From positions 3,720,001 through 3,784,000 of the forward strand of contig CM120641.1 in the NCBI GenBank assembly GCA_051362555.1: DNA of 64,000 bases, in the 5' to 3' direction. Positions within the stretch are counted from its first letter, which is position 1. Each line of letters begins with the position of its first letter. Under the pieces are notes generated by a model. The model worked only from the letters and a program-made list of their open reading frames with translations, did no database searches and was not told the origin of the DNA. A program made the position numbers and the translations under genes. Positions 60,001-64,000 of the stretch are shown here, one piece after another. This stretch comes from Lingula anatina (taxonomy: Eukaryota; Animalia; Brachiopoda).

Positions 60001-61294
60001 GTCTGAAGACTATTTAGAATTATTTGGAAAAGATGTGGTCTATCTGTCCAGCGAGTCGCCGAATATTCTAACTGACTTGGATCCTTCCAAAGCTTACATT
60101 ATTGGTGGACTCATTGACCACAATGTACATAAGGTATAGGAATGTCAGGGCAGATTCAAAGATATTTTCTAACAGTCTTCCAAATTATCTTTGTTGATCC
60201 ATCCTCTATTTTTTACAGACTTCCAACAGAAAAATTAGATACCCGTCAATGTAAACTTGAAAATCTGACCTTCTTCTGGAAGACCCAGAAGACGCCCTCA
60301 ATCCGTCCCTGGAATGTCTGATTCAAGCTCTGAAATTGGCTTGGTGTGACATCTGATCTTGCCTCCCTCTAAATACTGACTCTTTAATAGTCACTTACTA
60401 TTTGGGATGGCAGGATCAGATGCCAAACCAGATTGAAATTCAGTGGCATAAATGCAGCACTATGTTTAAAGAGTGAAGATTTTTCATAGGGCTCATTTCT
60501 AATTAAACTGTTGTTCTAGATAGATCCAATTCCACTGAGACTCTCAGTAAATGTAATCAGACAAAGTTCTTTTTCTGAAACAATGTGTTTTCTTTGTTTT
60601 AGGGGTTGTGCCATAAGTTAGCATGTGAGAAAGGTCTTGAGCATGCCCAACTACCCATCAGTGAGTTCCTGGATATGAAGACAAGGAAAGTGCTTGCCAT
60701 CAACCACGGTAATAATAAAGTGCAATTCAGAACATGTAGTATCAAGAATGTATTACCATGGTAACAATATGGTGATTTTACCATGGTAACATTATGGTAA
60801 TACATCCTTAGTAGCATCCTCATGAGTGTTTTTCAGAAAATTTTGATAGCATTTTCACAGATTTGATCGTTTAGTGAATATCTAATATTTGAGCTTTTTT
60901 GTGTGAGTGTAATGCCATTTGTGACCAGTGAATTCTTTTTAGTAGATCATTGCCAATTTTGATTTTTCTTGAACAGTATCCTTTTAAAATGGTAATCAGC
61001 TGTTGGCTGACACATGCATTAAAAACAACTTAATGCTTGGATTTTTCAGTTCATGAGATTTTATTGAGGTACACAGAAAGCCATGATTGGGAAGATGCTT
61101 TCTTCAAGGTGATCCCCAAAAGAAAAGGAGCAGTGGCCAAGTCAGATGGACTTACAGAAGACCCTGAGAGCGTAGACAGTAATGCGTCCTCTCTAGAACT
61201 TCAGTCAGATAATAGTCAATTATTGGGTCAAAACGATGCTGTTGAAAATCAAAGTAGTTCGAGTAAAGAAGTTTCCAATGAAGCTGACAGTTGA
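57057..61294 (+). CDS. TRMT10A: tRNA (guanine-N1/m1G9)-methyltransferase 10 homolog A, about 381 aa
   Basis: Exons 57057-57397, 58548-58713, 59041-59112, 59589-59660, 59990-60133, 60603-60708, 61050-61294 total 1146 nt in frame. Motifs [32 protein letters not shown]...[66 protein letters not shown]. Confidence 0.95.
57732..57950. mobile_element. Harbinger-like MITE family E, copy 2 (TTA TSD)
   Basis: TTA|GGCTGTATTCCCAGAG...CTCTGGAAATGGGCTC|TTA. Near-identical to 53449-53658. Confidence 0.88.
60146..60311. mobile_element. hAT-like MITE family C, copy 2 (6-bp TSD)
   Basis: CAGGGCAGATT...AATCCGTCCCTG flanked by GAATGT on both sides. Homologous to 48943-49110. Inserted 12 nt after a TRMT10A donor site. 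Confidence 0.85.
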
Positions 61295-61588
61295 TATACT
61301 TGAGAAGTTAGGTGTTTTTAGAAATTGCTATTTCTCACCTAACACAATATAGAAGCTCTTAACATAAACTTGTCCAACTACCTTCAAAGACATTCTATAA
61401 ATAAAGTTTTTTTGGAAAATGTGATATAGTTGTTATGGATACACATAGTTGGTAATGATACACAAAATGTGTCTTTAATGTGCACTGGTGGTGCTGGTTG
61501 TGGGGTTATAAATGCATGGCATTTAGGAATTCAGCAACTCAAAATAAGTAGAAATAATTCAACAAATTCTCTTTTTGTACTGCTCCAT

Positions 61589-61703
61589 GGTATTCCCTCC
61601 AGGGCCAGACATCTTAGCTGCTTAAGTTGACTGCAATTTAGCGATAATCCCCTCTGAGATAGATAGATCCACAGTTATTATGATAGAGTTTGGAAGTGGT
61701 CCC
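61589..61703. mobile_element. Truncated copy of the 8151-8400 foldback MITE
   Basis: CAGACATCTTAGCTGCTTAAGTT..AATCCCCT..GAGATAGAT..TATGATAG..TGG matches the right arm of the element at 8151-8400. Confidence 0.6.
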
Positions 61704-64000
61704 TTAAACCAGAAAGAAAAAAAAAAAAACAATATTCCGCTCTCATCATGAACTTCCTTGTAATCATTCATTAGACTTGTAGCTCTATAATTTTTGGCTT
61801 CAAGCAACCTAACCTGACATACTAGAGGACATTTAATGGTCCTCAATGCAAGCTGCAGTCTCTTGATTCTCTATTGTGCCACAGTGCAATGAATGCTTCT
61901 TATAGTTACCAGTGATTCTTACTGTTGACACAGCTTACATTTGGGGACCCAGTCATGCAGCTTTTCATTTCTTCCAGCTTATGGCCATCATAAAGGCCTG
62001 TGAGTTAGGGTGTGTTCATATAAAACTTTTGTACTAGTTGTTTTTAGAACTAACTCTGTAGGGACACTTGCTGAGTGCAATCGGCTAAACATTATGACAT
62101 CTTGTTCCCAACATACTTGTATAATCACCAGCTTTTCAGTATTCAACTTCAGGTGTCATTCAGTTCATCGAGAGTCCCTGCAGAGTTGGGTCAATCCACG
62201 TAGACCAGTGGTGTCTATGGGAATTGGGCATAAGTGAAATGGGAAAAGGAATAATAGAGTCATAAATATGTTTTATATATCCCTTTTTTTTGCAAAACAA
62301 AATACAAAAAAAAGATACAGTGAGGAAAAGTTTATTCCATATAAAGTCATTTATCATATATCACAATATGGATAGATACACAGTACACTTATATCACACA
62401 ATCTAATTGAGCAATGAACAGGTACAGGTGTGAAAGAAAATTATGACACTTGGCATATGCAAAGACTGCTAGCATCTTGAAACCCCTGCACCTAGATTGC
62501 AGAACTTATGCAGTAAACAAAATAAGGTAAGCATTGCATTCACAGTCTTGTAAAATTCTAAATTAATTTAATGTTTGCTTTGAAATGATTTTCTGAAAGA
62601 GAGAGCAAGCATAAATGGATGAATTTTTCTTTAATTTTCTTTTTCCTCCATAAATAAAACATGCATTTTATAATTCACATTAGTAATACAATGTTACTGA
62701 TTTTCTTATCATTCAACTAAAAAATGATCAATATTAAAATTTTGACATTAAAATGTGAGTTTCTAATTTTGATTTTCAGTTTTTAATGTTTAAATTGTGC
62801 AGTGCATTCTTTCTATCTACTTATAAGCATATTTAAGCCAGAAGTAACACACACAGTCACAGAACCAAATAAGCAAGGTTATTTTTTCACATGAAGGTCA
62901 CCTGAACATTATATTATGCAGACGTAATATACAAAATAAGTTTACAAAATAGAAACCTGGGAACCTCAGCATGACACTTCCAAATACAGAACTGGATATT
63001 TCATCCCACACTGTTAGCTTTGCAGGGGTCATTTTCTTGCAAAATGACTAAAGACTGAAAGTCAAGTGTTATCTTTAAGATAAAAATATTTGGCTGTCTT
63101 TGACCCTGCTTACCTACAACTGCCTTTTGCAGATTGATAGCAGGAGGTTAGTAGAATGAGGAAGTCCATACGAAGATTGAAATATGTTCACTTGACATCT
63201 TAACATATCAAACATAAAATGCGCAGACTTAATTTTTAATAACAATAACAACATCTAAAATTATCGAATCATTTCTATTCAAAATTGTTGTTCAGTTTCT
63301 CTTTTTCTGCAAAGTTGTTATTTAATTCCATAGTTCATGTCTGTTCATAAAGACATTTAGGCACATCTGATAATATTTGTCAAAATTTCAGCTACCAAAA
63401 ATTAGCCTTTATTAAAGAGAAAATTAAAGTTCTGAAGTCCATAGGTGTAAAAGTATTAATACATATTATGCGTTTAGTTAAGGAGCAAATTTGGTATTTT
63501 GAAGTTCATTCCTTTTACTATTTGACATCAAAAGAGTCACTACCCTCTGTTTGAGGAGAGTCCCCACCATGGATGCCATAGAAACATGGGTGGAAGAAAC
63601 GGTATCACATGTTGCTCTTAATCAAGAGATTCTGGGTGGTACTCCCAGTATCTATATAATTAATAATGCCTTCAAACTGCAAAACTGTAGCAAGAGGTCC
63701 ACTGGACTTGCCTCATTTGTGTACAATTTCTGATGGAAGCATCCAGCCTTCATAAATAAAAAGAAGGTCGAGTGGAAAACTTGTTCAAAACATTCCACGA
63801 AAAATGATATTGGTTCAAAAAGATCTATCAATATCACAATTAAGAAATGACGGAAGGTTGAATGGATGACAAACGTGGTGAACCTCCTTTAAGAAGTATT
63901 TATAAATTACTATGAATGCTCTTCCCCTTCACTAAAAAAATTATATGTTGGATAGTACACATATTCCTTTTTTTCTCAACCTGTGTTTGCAGTTTGCTTA

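Noticed and set aside
60976-60984. U12-type donor-like GTATCCTTT (similar strings near 1467 and 43514)
   Set aside because: Not at an exon boundary, or on the wrong strand. All assembled introns are GT-AG or GC-AG U2-type.
62000-64000. Coding potential at the right end (ORFs 63551-63733 and 63652-63837)
   Set aside because: No recognisable homology or exon structure. Probably intergenic DNA or the 3' UTR of a gene outside the window.

Overview
AT-rich, intron-rich animal genomic DNA. It is probably from an invertebrate bilaterian such as a mollusc or other lophotrochozoan, but the taxon cannot be fixed from sequence alone. I assembled five spliced host genes by hand with consistent splice phases. 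They are OGDH (- strand, running off the left edge, with two mutually exclusive exon-4 variants), an SLC15A4-like peptide/histidine transporter (+, head-to-head with OGDH), ZCCHC24 (+), MTTP (-, 19 exons, one GC-AG intron) and TRMT10A (+, head-to-head with MTTP as in human). The GC-AG intron of MTTP holds an apparently intact 3.8-kb hAT transposon with a 5-bp target duplication and a two-exon, 744-aa transposase that starts with a PIP-box-like motif. The transposase intron in turn holds a 540-bp foldback Merlin-like MITE. More than a dozen other MITEs occur, many with CAG...CTG ends and 5-6-bp TSDs, plus a Helentron-type non-autonomous element and short tandem duplications. No rRNA, tRNA or CRISPR features were found. 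All coordinates were read by eye and may be off by a base or two.
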